Assembly (NCBI RefSeq): GCF_036588685.1
Contig: NC_086380.1
Span: forward strand, 12,648,001-12,712,000
Direction of reading: 5' to 3'
DNA length: 64,000 nucleotides
DNA from: Mytilus trossulus
Taxonomy: Eukaryota
Every line of letters begins with the position of its first letter. Within the stretch, counting starts at the first letter, position 1. Position numbers and translations under genes: made by a program. This document shows, piece after piece, positions 41,355 to 53,712 of the stretch. The notes under the pieces are model-generated. The model was given only the letters and a program-made list of their open reading frames with translations, was not told the origin of the DNA and made no database searches.

Positions 41355-42432
41355 GGCCGTGTTCACATTTAACGCTGTGTACAGTAAACATGTTTACATT
41401 TGGTAAAATGTAACGTACACTATATAGCTAGTTTCACATTAAATTTGTTCACATTTATACACCTTGTTTAGCTACCTGTTCATAAGTTTTGTTCACACTT
41501 GTAAACTATAAGTCATTTAAATGTTCATTACGTAGAATAGAATTCAAATTTTTGAACAACTTTTCTAGCGGTTAAGGAACGACTATTTGACTTTAAGAAA
41601 AGGGGGGTGATTTTACTAAAATTTTATTAAAAAAAATCGGGTCATACAGATGATTAAAATGAATAAATAGTCTGAATCCAAAGTTTCCCCATACATTACA
41701 GTGTCAAATATTGAATTGGTACCATAGAAAAATTAATAAATATAAACTTTTGCGCGAGAAAAAGTTCTGACTTAGAACACCCCCCCCCCCCATTTTGTTT
41801 TGAAGTAAAGATTTGAAGTAGTAAGGCGGCATCAGCGTGCTTACAGACGAAGAAAACGAATTGTGATGTTAAGGATCACTACATTTCTGTGTATTTCAAA
41901 TAATATTTTTTCTCTAATTAATATGTTGTTAAATGAGAGAGTGATGTTTTTTTTCTTTCTTTTTTTAAAGAATCTGAGATACTACACAAACAAACAATTA
42001 ACCTCACCCTTTTTCAGTAATGCTTTTATGAGTGAAGCGTTGTTTTAAGTAAACCCAGTGGCAAATTTTTCTTTCAGTGTGTACGTCCAGTCCATTCGGG
42101 AAGACTTTTTCAAATGAATTATGTGTTCGGCAATGATGATGGATGAGTCTTGTTCGTCTTGATAAGGGATGAATTAGGCTACATAAAGTGTTTTATAACA
42201 AATAAATATATCAAGTTTAGACAAATATTTCTGTAAAGAACTTTATTAAGTGTTATAAGTATCAAATTTATATAAAAAATGAGTTCTGAATGACTAGTTT
42301 TGTGTACTCTTTACCTATATGATTTACACTACTTGTAAACAGTGGGTTTTATCAATGGGAACGTAATTATGTTTAGTTTATGTGTGAGTTACACTAACAC
42401 AACATCGAGTTTAGGCCAATGTGAACACAGCC
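41355..42432 (-). mobile_element. Non-autonomous DNA transposon (Harbinger-like TIRs), copy B, inverted relative to copy A
   Basis: tta|ggccgtgttcacatt ... aatgtgaacacagcc|cta; internal sequence is the reverse complement of 34324-35519. Confidence 0.82.
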
Positions 42433-43810
42433 CTACAGTCACTAAATTACCACTCAAAGACATAAATCCTATTGAATATTTATTCGATTGTTTTGTTGTC
42501 AGCGCAAAAATTGTCATATTTTTGCAATTTAAAGTATTTTTTTGAAATCAGACAAAAAAATCATTTAGAATACTAAAACAAAAGTCTATTTACAAGCAAA
42601 TTGCTTATTTACAAATAAGGTGATGATAAATAAAATCATTTCAAATTTAACACTATTTTATATTTTACAACATAATCCAACTTCTTTTAAAGATGAAACA
42701 TTGTGTGTTATTGGAAATAAATCATACATTGTATTGCCATTGCAATGTGTCCTACGACAAAAGCAAGGTCAATACAATTAATAGAATTTAAGTCCTGTAC
42801 TTAAATTCAGTTATCACGGTGCGCTGTACTATTACATTGGTTGGTTATTAGTGAGTTTAAGAAAACTCAAATTTCATTGGTGGTTAGTGAACCATACAAT
42901 TTAACGTCACGATCCTTTTTTAATTCGGGTCCAACAGGAGAGGCTGCTTTTAAAATAACTTGTTGTTATCAGAGGAAAATTTTATTCAACAAAAAATTGT
43001 CAGGGAGTATTTTATGTTATATAATAATTTTTGAAAGGAATTGTTATAGCTGTACGCACATTAACGAGGATTCGTGCAATAAAAGACAATATTGACGTTA
43101 ATTATCCAAAAACAAAGATACATGTACATGTGTATGGCGACCACATGGCTGAAATTTATTATTCGTGTGTTGGTTTGCGAACTTGAGCCATGGCAAAATA
43201 TTCAGTTCGTTGATTGGGTCCATTATCAGGTGAAAGGAGAATGTCATCGCGGCTACACGCCCACATTAATGTGTTTCAATACTTAAATTTATAAGACGCG
43301 TCCTGGTCCGCATACTTAATTTAGTTATTGTTTATTTACACACTTAAATGGAATGTACCCATAATGCTTTGTATTGTTATTATATATGTAGTTCGTACTG
43401 AGTTCTATCACTTAAAAGCTGAAGCCAACTTTATACATTTTTTTCTGTACATGGTGTCAGATGTGGGAACGTGTGCATTACATGTATGCATATTATTTGC
43501 AAAACTTCTGTTCGAGGAACAAGAATCCACTTAATAATAAATACACTAGTCTCCGTTGTTACGCCTTCTATGAACGAGTTTCACCGGTGTACATGAGGTC
43601 AATTGGTACTTTTAAAATGTAAACAATAACATAAAGTCAAATAGTTATCGAATATTGGTGTTCCTGATGGATAATGGAGTACAGAGTTACATGAAATTCA
43701 CACAACCTTATTAATAGTACTGTCTTCTTTTAAATAATAAACCGGTCACAGCCTATTTAATTTAATTTAGCTATTTTGTGATACATGTACTGTACATCAG
43801 TATTATACTT

Positions 43811-44157
43811 TATAAAATTGAGAATGGAAATGGGGAATGTGTCAAAGAGACAACAACCCGACCAAAATAAAAAAAACACAACAGCAGAAGGTCACCAACA
43901 GGTCTTCAATGTAGCGAGAAATTCCCGCACCCGGAGGCGTCCTTCAGCTTGCCCCTAAACAAATATATACTAGTTCAGTGATAATGAACGCCATACTAAT
44001 TTCCAAATTGTACACAAGAAACTAAAATTTAAATAATAAAAGACTAACAAAGGCCAGAGGCTCCTGACTTGGGACAGGCGCAAAAATGCGGCGGGGTTAA
44101 ACATGTTTGTGAGATCTCAACCCTCCCCCTATACCTCTAACCAGTGTAGAAAAGTAA
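43811..44157 (+). repeat. Dispersed repeat inserted in the Ngaro 5' region
   Basis: ataaaattgagaatggaaatggggaatgtgtcaaagagacaac head; shorter copies near 6866 and 62985, and related reverse-strand pieces near 2400-2680. Confidence 0.7.
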
Positions 44158-44295
44158 AAGTTTTTTGTATATATATATTAATTACACATGTGTGATATTT
44201 TCTACTGGACATTTAATCAAGCAATAATCAATCTGGATTAACCGAATATTCAGAGTGTTTTTTGTTTTTAAATTCTAGTTATTCTTTTAGGAGTC

Positions 44296-45405
44296 ATGTC
44301 AGCACAGCTCGGGCGGTCAGCCAGGAAAAGGAAAAATTTGCCAATAGTGGCTGCTGCATCAGCAAGGAAAAAGGCTAACCAGAGAGTACCTGACACTATG
44401 TCAGTAACTGCACCACAGTTGCCTACAGTTGATACTGGTACACCATTCATACCCATTACTAGTTCTACTGGTACATGTACATACCCAATGTTGTTTTCAC
44501 AGACAGGGGCAGGCATATATACCAGTGCAAGTACAGGGCCAGTCGATTTGACGAGCACAGCTAATACCCTTTTATACTCAAGAGTACCACTACCAGACCA
44601 AAGAGTGTGCAACACTGTAACCAGTCAAGATCCTCCAGAACATTCCTTAGGTAATACTAATGGTGCCTCAAGTTTTACAATGCCATTTAGTACTTTTGAT
44701 CACCCTATTCAGATACCCAGCATGCATGCTAATATTGCTTTAAATGTTTCTCAAAGTATTAGAGAAAAAATTCAGAAAAGTGAATTTATTGATTTAGGCA
44801 TTTTGTTGATTAACAATACTCAGCAGGCTACACAAAAGCTTGTTTTTAGAGGGGGTGAATTTATTGTGCAAACAGAAAATATGCAAAACAAAATTGGGTC
44901 TATTGACCAATGGACATCAGCATTTATCATTTTTGTTAGTGTATATTGTACTGTGCATTCAGGTAGATTACAAGATTTACTTAAATACATGTCAGTTGTA
45001 CGTTTGGGTGCAAAAAGAAATCCAAATAATTTAGGTTGGAAGTTATATGATGAGCAATTTAGGTTGCGCAAAACACTGGATCCGGCAAGTTCATGGGCTA
45101 TAGTAGACCCAGAGCTTTGGTTATTATATATGGCTGATAGTATTGGCACACAAAATTTGGAAGTAGTTTCTTCTGGTTACAATACATTTTCTGCTAATAG
45201 AAATGTGAATAAAACGTCCAAGTGCTATGCCTTTAATTATAACGGCGAATGTTTCAATTCATTTTGTCAATATAGTCATGCATGTATACAATGTCATGGT
45301 GTTCACTCGGTTATAAACTGTCAATTCACACAAAATAATTTGCCTTCGCAAATAAGACCAAATCAACAGCCAGAACGACCCCAGCAGGGATACCAGAAGA
45401 TTTAA
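44296..45405 (+). CDS. Gag-like ORF of the Ngaro element (369 aa, uninterrupted)
   Basis: IDQWTSAFIIF, LLKYMSVVR, WKLYDEQFR, WAIVDPELWL and the Cys/His finger CYAFNYNGEC...CQYSHACIQCHGVHSVINC. Confidence 0.85.
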   Translation: MSAQLGRSARKRKNLPIVAAASARKKANQRVPDTMSVTAPQLPTVDTGTPFIPITSSTGTCTYPMLFSQTGAGIYTSASTGPVDLTSTANTLLYSRVPLPDQRVCNTVTSQDPPEHSLGNTNGASSFTMPFSTFDHPIQIPSMHANIALNVSQSIREKIQKSEFIDLGILLINNTQQATQKLVFRGGEFIVQTENMQNKIGSIDQWTSAFIIFVSVYCTVHSGRLQDLLKYMSVVRLGAKRNPNNLGWKLYDEQFRLRKTLDPASSWAIVDPELWLLYMADSIGTQNLEVVSSGYNTFSANRNVNKTSKCYAFNYNGECFNSFCQYSHACIQCHGVHSVINCQFTQNNLPSQIRPNQQPERPQQGYQKI

Positions 45406-47717
45406 ACATAAATTTCAAACTATAATTGGGTCCCTTATAGATACATTTGTAGTTCAGTTGCTCAAAGTACCTAAACAACATATCAAAGAGGTGTATTGGC
45501 CTTTAATGAGTTCAGAAAATTGTTTGGTTTATAAAATGTATGGCCAATACCTTTGTATGAATTGTGCAATTTTATAGCTTATTTGTTTCAAGCGTTACTC
45601 GCATTCCTCTATTAAGTGTTATTTAGCAGGGATAAGTTTTTTCAGTAGATTGAATGTCTTGGGCGATTTTAATCAAATTTATTATAAAAAATGATGGAGG
45701 GAGTTTACCGGTCAAGGCCAAAATTGGGGATTCAAGATTGCCTATTACCAAGAATTACTTCTATTTAAATTTGAATTCTATTGTTTATTTGTTCCTCCAG
45801 TTATGCAGTTAAGTTGTTTAAAGGTTGTTTTAAGATCCTCCAATCCTAAATTTCTAGTCGTACATGTAGGTGCTATGATTTAGGGAATATTAAAACTGAA
45901 AACTTTAAGAGAAAAGTTGATACAAGCTATGACCTTTATTTCAAAGGACTTGCCTGACACTAAAATTGTGTGGTCCCAAATGTTGCCTCGTTTAAACGGA
46001 GATATTCTAAAGTGTAGATACAGCCTATTACAGGGTTAATAAGACAGTAGCTAACTATATATTGGAATCTGGTGGTTATTGTTTAATATGCTATCCAGAC
46101 ATTTCTAGGACTGAAACATGTATAAATCTGATGGGGTGCATTTGTCTGTCATAGAAAATAACAATTTTTTTTTCAAGGTGGTCTTTAGTTTTTCATGCTA
46201 AAACCAATGGTCATGTTTTCCCCTCTACTGATATATAAGTATGAAATATGTTGTTTTGTTTTGTGTTTTTGTCTCAGTGTATAAATACAATATTGTTACC
46301 TAAGACAAACTTTGTATAATTGATCTTGTGTGTAAATTTTTACTGTAGATATATGCAGTTTTTTACGATTTATTGAGCAACTTTACTAGTACATTTAGTT
46401 ACATGTAACTTGAAAGTTTTCTTTGATTTTTTTGTGGATGTATTTGGCTCACAGCTTGGCAGCGAACCTCCATTATATGGCGAGTTACAATGAATCATTA
46501 TTCTGTTTCACTGTCAATCTGGCATAATTCGCTGCATCAAAAAACATTTTGTTTTATGAATAGGATCATTTACTACAGATCTAGATGAACAATGTAAGGC
46601 CTGTGTTCCCACGGTGATTTCCAAATTGTTTTAATCCTATCTTCAGTTACCATTATCTGTGGTAGTAATTTATATATATATATATATATGACAGTACGGT
46701 TGCCATAATCAGCAATATGCGGGTAACCTCTTTTTTCAGTTATAAACAACATGTATAAATTATGAGAATAATAATATTAAAGGCTGTGGCCAAATACTGC
46801 CAATTTGTTGTTTGGTCTTACTAAGCATCTGGGATAATAGAATTTAAGTCCTGTACTTAAATTCAGTTATCACGGTGCGCTGTACTATTACATTGGTTGG
46901 TTATAAGTGAGTTTAAGAAAACTCAAATTTCATTGGTGGTTAGTGAACCATACAAATTGACGTCACGATCCTTTTTTAATTCGGGTCCAACAGGAGAGGC
47001 TGCTTTTAAAATAACTTGTTGTTATCAGAGGAAAATTTTATTCAAAATCCCTCCCTCCTCCCAAAATGTATATTTATTGTAAAAAGAATGTATTAGAATA
47101 AGATACTGCCTGTGTTGTAATTTATAATTTCAGGTGATGTTTCAGTTGTCAATTGTTTGAACACCTATATGTATTTGGCCATTGGACAGACAGGACCTGT
47201 GAGGAAGTCTGATTGAAGTTATCGAACCTTCCAACAAAGACTTTGAATTTATTAGGCCTGTGATTTGCATAATTCGCTGCATCAAAAAACATTTTGTTTT
47301 ATGAATAGGATCATTTACTACAGATCTAGATGAACAATGTAAGGGTTTCGATCCATCACCTGTGTTCCCACGGTGATTTCCAAATTGTTTTAATCCTATC
47401 TTCAGTTACCATTATCTGTGGTAGTAATTTATATATATATATATATATATATATGACAGTACGGTTGCCATAATCAGCAATATGCGGGTAACCTCTTTTT
47501 TCAGTTATATACAAAATGTATAAATTATGAGAATAATAATATTAAAGGCTGTGGCCAAATACTGCCAATTTGTTGTTTGGTCTTACTAAGCATCTGGGAT
47601 AACCAAAACCTTGTTCAAACTATACTTTCCGTTTCCGTTGCCAGGTATACACTCTGGTTCAACTTCTTTTTCAGAAGATACCCCTTTACGAAACGGGCGT
47701 CTGGCATATATACTAAA

Positions 47718-48290
47718 GGAGTATGTTCGATAAGGTCCTAAAATGGCAACCCTTTTTAGGGTAAATTTCAAATTCGGATTTATCGACCAATATCATGATT
47801 AATTAAAGCTAACACATTGACTAGCTAGGATATAAACCATTTTGTTGAAAATTTTACGTTTCTGCGTTTCAGTATGACGTCACAAGTTGTACTCATATTG
47901 ATTTTTCACGAAAAAATCAATGAAAATGGTTAAATTTCCATAGATTATTCGACAGGAAACATAGAGCGCATACGTCGACAACAAAGATCTCTAAAAATAA
48001 TGTTTGTGAAGACATTTCACATGTCTTATTTGAATCTTAAGCTTGTCAACGCATGTGCTCTATGTTTCCTTGTCCTTTATTTGAAATCTAGCTGATTTTG
48101 TCAAATTTCACCAAAATCTCTTATCTTGACCTTTTTTGGATGTAAAAATCAACGTGTTAGAATTAAACTTAGACAAAAACAGTTTTGTTTAACTTTCTAA
48201 CATATCTTTAAGGCAACTTAAAACATGTATTGTCTTTTGACTATGAACTTTATAATTGGGGCCAAATATGGCCCTTACCGAACTTACTCG
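47718..48290. mobile_element. MITE (Kolobok-like) inserted in a hammerhead-repeat remnant
   Basis: TIR ggagtatgttcgataagg / ccttaccgaacttactcg. The flanks rejoin to atatactaaatttagtcctggtatctatgatga, seen uninterrupted at 59556-59588. Confidence 0.8.
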
Positions 48291-51200
48291 TTTAGTCCTG
48301 GTATCTATGATGAGTTTATTTACATGTTTTATATTCTAGTATGGTCAATACGGCACCTAGAAATAACACGCTAGTGTTTTCTACACAGAAAATCATTAAA
48401 AGGTTTTCTATATTTTGGTTTAACAATATTTAATTTTATGTAATTCATTGTCATCTTTCAAATGTTTTTTATTTTAAAATTTTTTTAATTATTTAACAAT
48501 TATTCTTTTATCACAGATATATCAAAATCATCCAGGGCATTGTTAGTTCTCGGTCTACAACCGTATTTCAATGGATTCTAACACGACTCGGAACTCATAG
48601 AAAAACAAATTTTGAATGGGGTATTTTCTAATTCCTCATTACGTTTAAAACCTTGAAAATTATTGGCGTTTTAATTTTAGTATGTTGTATAGGCTGTAAG
48701 CATAAAAGTGAATCACAACATATCATAAACACGATCATAAACCTGATATACTGAATATGTGTTTATCTTGACATCTTATTGAAGATCACGCTTCAAAAGT
48801 CTGTTAGAAAGTGAGTGCTCGTCAGTCTTTACATACTACTCTCAACTAGTGAGATTAAAAGGTGCTAAGACAGAAACGCAAACACTGGTGATGAACCACA
48901 TCGAACATCTGTTAGTAATACCTCCTTGCTGGGACATACACTATGAAGCAATACTCTAGTTTAACAAAAGATCTATATAAACATGATAAATTAAGTAAAA
49001 TGTTGCGATCGGCACTCAAATCAGAAATGCCGACAACTTTTTAAGTAGTTACAATTGTCCTTATTTTAACACTTTGACAAAAGGAGACAGGTTGACTTTT
49101 TATCAAAAACTAACCCAAGAAATTTGCGTTCATCAACAATTTTAATTGGGCTTCCGTACAATATAAAAAAAAAGATGCGGTATGATTGTCAATGAAACAA
49201 CTCTTCACAAAAAAACCAACGACACAGCAATTAACAACTATACACCGTACGGCCTTGAACAATGAACAAAGATAATACCACAAGTTCAGCTATAAAAGTC
49301 CATGAAATGACAAGTGGGAAACAATTCAAATCAAGAAACTAAAGTGAGTTTTAGAACAGGGTGCAATTTCCTTTTGTTACAGAAATTCATCCCAATCTTT
49401 TTTGAGGTAGAACATCTAAATCGATTTCCGAGTCCAATTTTTCGATTTTTCAAAAACACAGTTGAAATTGGCGTTCTATGTTTCTCATGATCATAGTTTT
49501 ACTTCTTTTTTACATTTTTAACGCACAATGCTGTTGATTTTAAGACTAGATAACAAAATGCCATGGGGAACAGTCATCTCTTGATCATACAAATCAGACA
49601 GTGATTATTTCCTCTTATATTTTAAAACGTGTCTGCTAGACAGAAAAGACGATATAAAGTTTGCCTTTCAAACCCATTTCAAAAGACCTTTCAGTGACAC
49701 TCGAATAAAAAAAAGTTAAAAAGGCCAAATGAAATATGCAGTTTAAGAGCATTGAGGAACAAAAATCCTAAAGGTTTTGCCAAATCTAGCTAAGGTAAGT
49801 GTCCTTTGAATTAAACATACATTTTATTACACCAACTTCTATTTACATTTTCATGCCTAGAATATACATTTTTACATTGTGGCATTACTTTGGCTACAGA
49901 GTTTTTTATAATATTTTGTTGAGGCACCAGAGTGACAACCGATTACCTATACACAATGGCTTTCACCTGACTTATGTTGACATAGTGTCATAAAACCCCT
50001 GGTAGTAAAACACGGTTACATCTCACCTACCATGGGGAGTGACCTAGGAAAACACTGGTATTACCAATGCGCCAGTTATTAGTGCCCCAACTATTGGCAG
50101 GTGTAGGCCTCCTCTCTATAAGATGAGGTGGAGGAGGTCCCAGAGTTACCCATCTGTAGACCCCACCTTTACCATTAAACACATTTTCCAAACCTGCACA
50201 TTGTAGAACTTTTCAGGCCAAGGGCAAGGGCCGAGTGAGATAATCCGCCAATCACTACCAGTTACCTTGGACCGCCTAAAGAGAGCCACAGTCAGCTACC
50301 AGATCTGACTGGGATTCTCACCTCCACAAAATTTTCATTATTGAATCATTGGAACAGTTGATTTTGTTGTGAGTAGGAAAGACTCAACCTTTTGTATATT
50401 ATTTAAGGAAACCTTATTCCTAGTTTGTGACAAATGAGTTCCAACTGTTCTGTATAAAGACACTTCACTTGCCCTATTGTTCTCATGTAATAAAGCTTTT
50501 CCCCCGTTTTCTATTACAAAGTTTTTAACCTATGAATTCACTCTTTTTCTTTTCTGTTCGATTATTGCACCCGCATTCAAGGGGGCAAAATGCCATTATC
50601 TGCGCTGTAGCATTGAAGACCAGATAATGATAACATTTTAAAATAAAGCTTTGTAACGTAGGATAGAACATTTTACATTTTTTATTAAACCCTTCCGTAT
50701 CCGTTCTAAATCTGTCAAATCATTAGCTTCACAGTGAATAATAATAAAATTAGGAGAAGGTAAAATAAATCTTTTTGCGTCCAAAGAGAGTCCAAATCTA
50801 TCATCTATAAACCAGGTTGCCTAATGCAGTATGTTGTTACACCTTTTGACCCCAGTGACAGGTTGTTCCTACCAAATGTCTTCGCCTCTACGTTGGCCAA
50901 ATGAACAAGGTAACTACCAGCAATCCATTAAATATTAGGACCTGTAAAAACCTGTAGGTTGTTAGCCTTTTGAAACTAGAAAAATTGTAACCTAATACAA
51001 TGTATAGCGAGAAAAAGCATATGACATCCATCTGCCTAATTTCATAATTACCTCCTCTGAGACCCCCTGCCTGGCTAGCTCCGTGGCTCCCCCCATTCTA
51101 ACTATGTGACCTAAAATGATCTTTACTTATATGAACAAAATATAAACTTTTTTCCAGAATACCACTGAATTGGTCTCTAGTTAAAAACATACCAGTATAA

Positions 51201-51920
51201 TGGATAAACAAATCTGTATTGTTACAGATAGGTCGTACCTTTAAATGAGTCGTTAATGAGTCGTAACGGACAGTATTTTTTTCCGCTCTCATGTATCAAC
51301 AAAGTTACAGACTTTCCCTTTTGGTCAGTTTTTGACCACCTTACTCTTAGCTCCCTGACTTTTCTCCTAACTAAAATATCAGAAATTGTTAAGTTGGAGA
51401 ATTTATATCAGACTTGGATTTTGAAGTAGGGATTTCCCCTACTCTTAGCAAACCAAAGAAGGCAACAGAAAAAAAACTGCTGAAAATAAAGCAGCTTCGA
51501 ATTTATTTTTACATACTTAATCCAAACAACTTATCATATTTTATAACAATTGCACTATAATTGGTGCTCTAACGTCATTACGTTCCCCCCCCCCCCTTGA
51601 ATTCTTTTTATACCTTCTAATGCCTTTCCAATTATAAAGAAATGTGTAGTATCCTGTATCTCTTGAATTTTATGATGGTATGAAACTCCTGATATATAAG
51701 ATAATATGCCCCCCCCCCCCAAAGACCATGTACTGACAAAAAAGCTATAAAATTAAACAAGTCATTGACCGGCACCAGCCAATCCTGTATCAATTTATAA
51801 TTATAATTATAAATAAAAAAGGATTACCTTAGCCGTATTTGGCACAACTTTTGGGAATTTTGGATCCTCAATGCTCTTCAACTTTGTACTTGTTTGGGTT
51901 TATAAATATTTTTGATTTGA

Positions 51921-51964
51921 GCGTCACTGATGAGTCTTATGTAGACGAAACGCGCGTCTGGCGT
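51921..51964 (+). ncRNA. Type I hammerhead ribozyme
   Basis: gcgtca-CTGATGA-gtct(tatgt)agac-GAAA-cgcgc-GTC^tggcgt; predicted cleavage after 51958; palindromic stem III. Confidence 0.92.
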
Positions 51965-52277
51965 ACGAAATTATAACCCTGGTACCTTTGATAACTATTC
52001 ACACCACTGGGTCGATGCCACTGCTGGTGGACGTTTCGTCCCCGAGGGTATCACCAGCCCAGTAGTCAACACTTCGGTGCTGACATGAATATCAATAATG
52101 TGGTCATTTTTATAAATTTCCTGTATACAAAACTTTGAACTTTTTGAAAAACTAAGGATTTTCTTATCCCAGGCATAGATTACCTTAGCTGTATTTGGCA
52201 CAACTTTTTTGGAATTTTGGATCCTCAATGCTCTTCAACTTTGTACTTGTTTGGGTTTATAAATATTTTTGATTTGA

Positions 52278-52321
52278 GCGTCACTGATGAGTCTTATGTA
52301 GACGAAACGCGCGTCTGGCGT
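52278..52321 (+). ncRNA. Type I hammerhead ribozyme
   Basis: Identical to 51921-51964. Confidence 0.92.
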
Positions 52322-52633
52322 ACGAAATTATAACCCTGGTACCTTTGATAACTATTCACACCACTGGGTCGATGCCACTGCTGGTGGACGTTTCGTCCCC
52401 GAGGGTATCACCAGCCCAGTAGTCAACACTTCGGTGCTGACATGAATATCAATAATGTGGTCATTTTTATAAATTTCCTGTATACAAAACTTTGAACTTT
52501 TTGAAAAACTAAGGATTTTCTTATCCCAGGCATAGATTACCTTAGCCGTATTTGGCACAACTTTTTGGAATTTTGGATCCTCAATGCTCTTCAACTTTGT
52601 ACTTGTTTGGGTTTATAAATATTTTTGATTTGA

Positions 52634-52677
52634 GCGTCACTGATGAGTCTTATGTAGACGAAACGCGCGTTTGGCGT
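52634..52677 (+). ncRNA. Type I hammerhead ribozyme (GUU cleavage triplet)
   Basis: Same core, with GTT in place of GTC (still NUH). Confidence 0.85.
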
Positions 52678-53512
52678 ACGAAATTATAACCCTGGTACCT
52701 TTGATAACTATATATAAGATGATCTAAAAGTACAAAGATTTGACAGAGCCAAATTGTATGATTTTTGTGTATTTTTGGACACACCTTGATTGAAAATAAA
52801 ATCAGCCACCTGACTCAAATGTTCCAGATCTATGTTGGAACTTTGTTGGCCACTGGTCTGCTTCTGGAGCTAGGCTTATGGAATTCCCCCACTGAGAACG
52901 AGAAAGACAACCGGCAATTAGGTTTTGTTTTGAAAGGATATAAATTGCCTTAACTAATTTATTATTTTTTTAAGTTCATTAAAACCATCGGTATTAATAA
53001 ATTCATAACTCTACTTGATTTGCTAGTTTTCATATTAATGATTTGAACAGCCGCTTGATTATCCACATAACAAAATAGGGTTCCCAGGACACAAGAGCAG
53101 CTACAACTGGAAACAACTCTAACAAGGTCGTATCTCTTGTGATTCCAGTCTCTACCCAATGTTTTGGCCATATGCCATGGACCCCCTAAACTGCAAAATA
53201 GATAATATATCCGCCTTTGGATCCCCCTGAACAACTCTTTTTTTTTTCATTTGAAACCCATACATTGTCTGTTATAACAGTGACACCATTGTATTGTTTT
53301 AAAAAGTCTAACCAAACTACTAAATCTGCTTTCATCTGCTTGTTTACTAAAATTTTGTAATATATTTTCTTATCCCGATTGTTGAATTTATGAGTCTGCG
53401 ACAGAAAGTGCGGCCTGGAGCAACTAACTTACAGTCAAAGTTCAGGTTCAAAGAAGGGATTGTATATCTTTAAGAGTTATTTTAGAACTGTCCAAGATAT
53501 CTCTGATTTTTT

Positions 53513-53712
53513 TTTATTATTCGTTGGATACCAATTTTCGTGGATTTCATGGGAACAGACGAACCACAAAATTAAATGATCAACGAATATCACATTGTCT
53601 ATAGGCTTGTTTGCAGATTTCTCTAAAACCGCGAAATTAAATATCAACGAACATGAAAATTTTCCTCAATCCACGAAAATTGGTACCCACGAAAATAAAT
53701 GAATCCACAGTA
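53513..53712. mobile_element. Small MITE inserted in the Ngaro RT
   Basis: Inverted ends ttattattcgttggataccaattttcgtggat / atccacgaaaattggtacccacgaaaataa; interrupts the RT frame. Confidence 0.7.

Larger units (their letters stand above)
42779..47602 (+). mobile_element. Ngaro-type tyrosine-recombinase retrotransposon with split direct repeats, internally deleted
   Basis: A1 42779-42989, B1 46522-46837, A2 46835-47045, B2 47267-47602. Intact gag, no RT. YR N-terminal remnant (SSIKCYLAGISFF, DSRLPITK) and SGNH remnant (LVVHVGA.DLG, WSQMLPRL, DGVHLS). Confidence 0.9.
51821..52710 (+). mobile_element. Retrozyme: tandem array (~2.5 units of 356-357 bp) with type I hammerhead ribozymes
   Basis: Near-identical monomers; hammerhead stems start at 51921, 52278 and 52634; inserted into the Ngaro YR region. 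Confidence 0.93.

Noticed and set aside
52014-52060. HDV-like ribozyme reading of the pseudoknot
   Set aside because: The helix order resembles P1-P2-P3, but P1.1, P4 and the catalytic J4/2 cytosine strand are missing.
51995-52594. Repeated 77-80 aa minus-strand ORFs
   Set aside because: They are by-products of the non-coding retrozyme repeat, with no recognisable protein motifs.
51821-52710. CRISPR-like array
   Set aside because: Whole monomers repeat with no unique spacers, there are no cas genes, and the context is eukaryotic.
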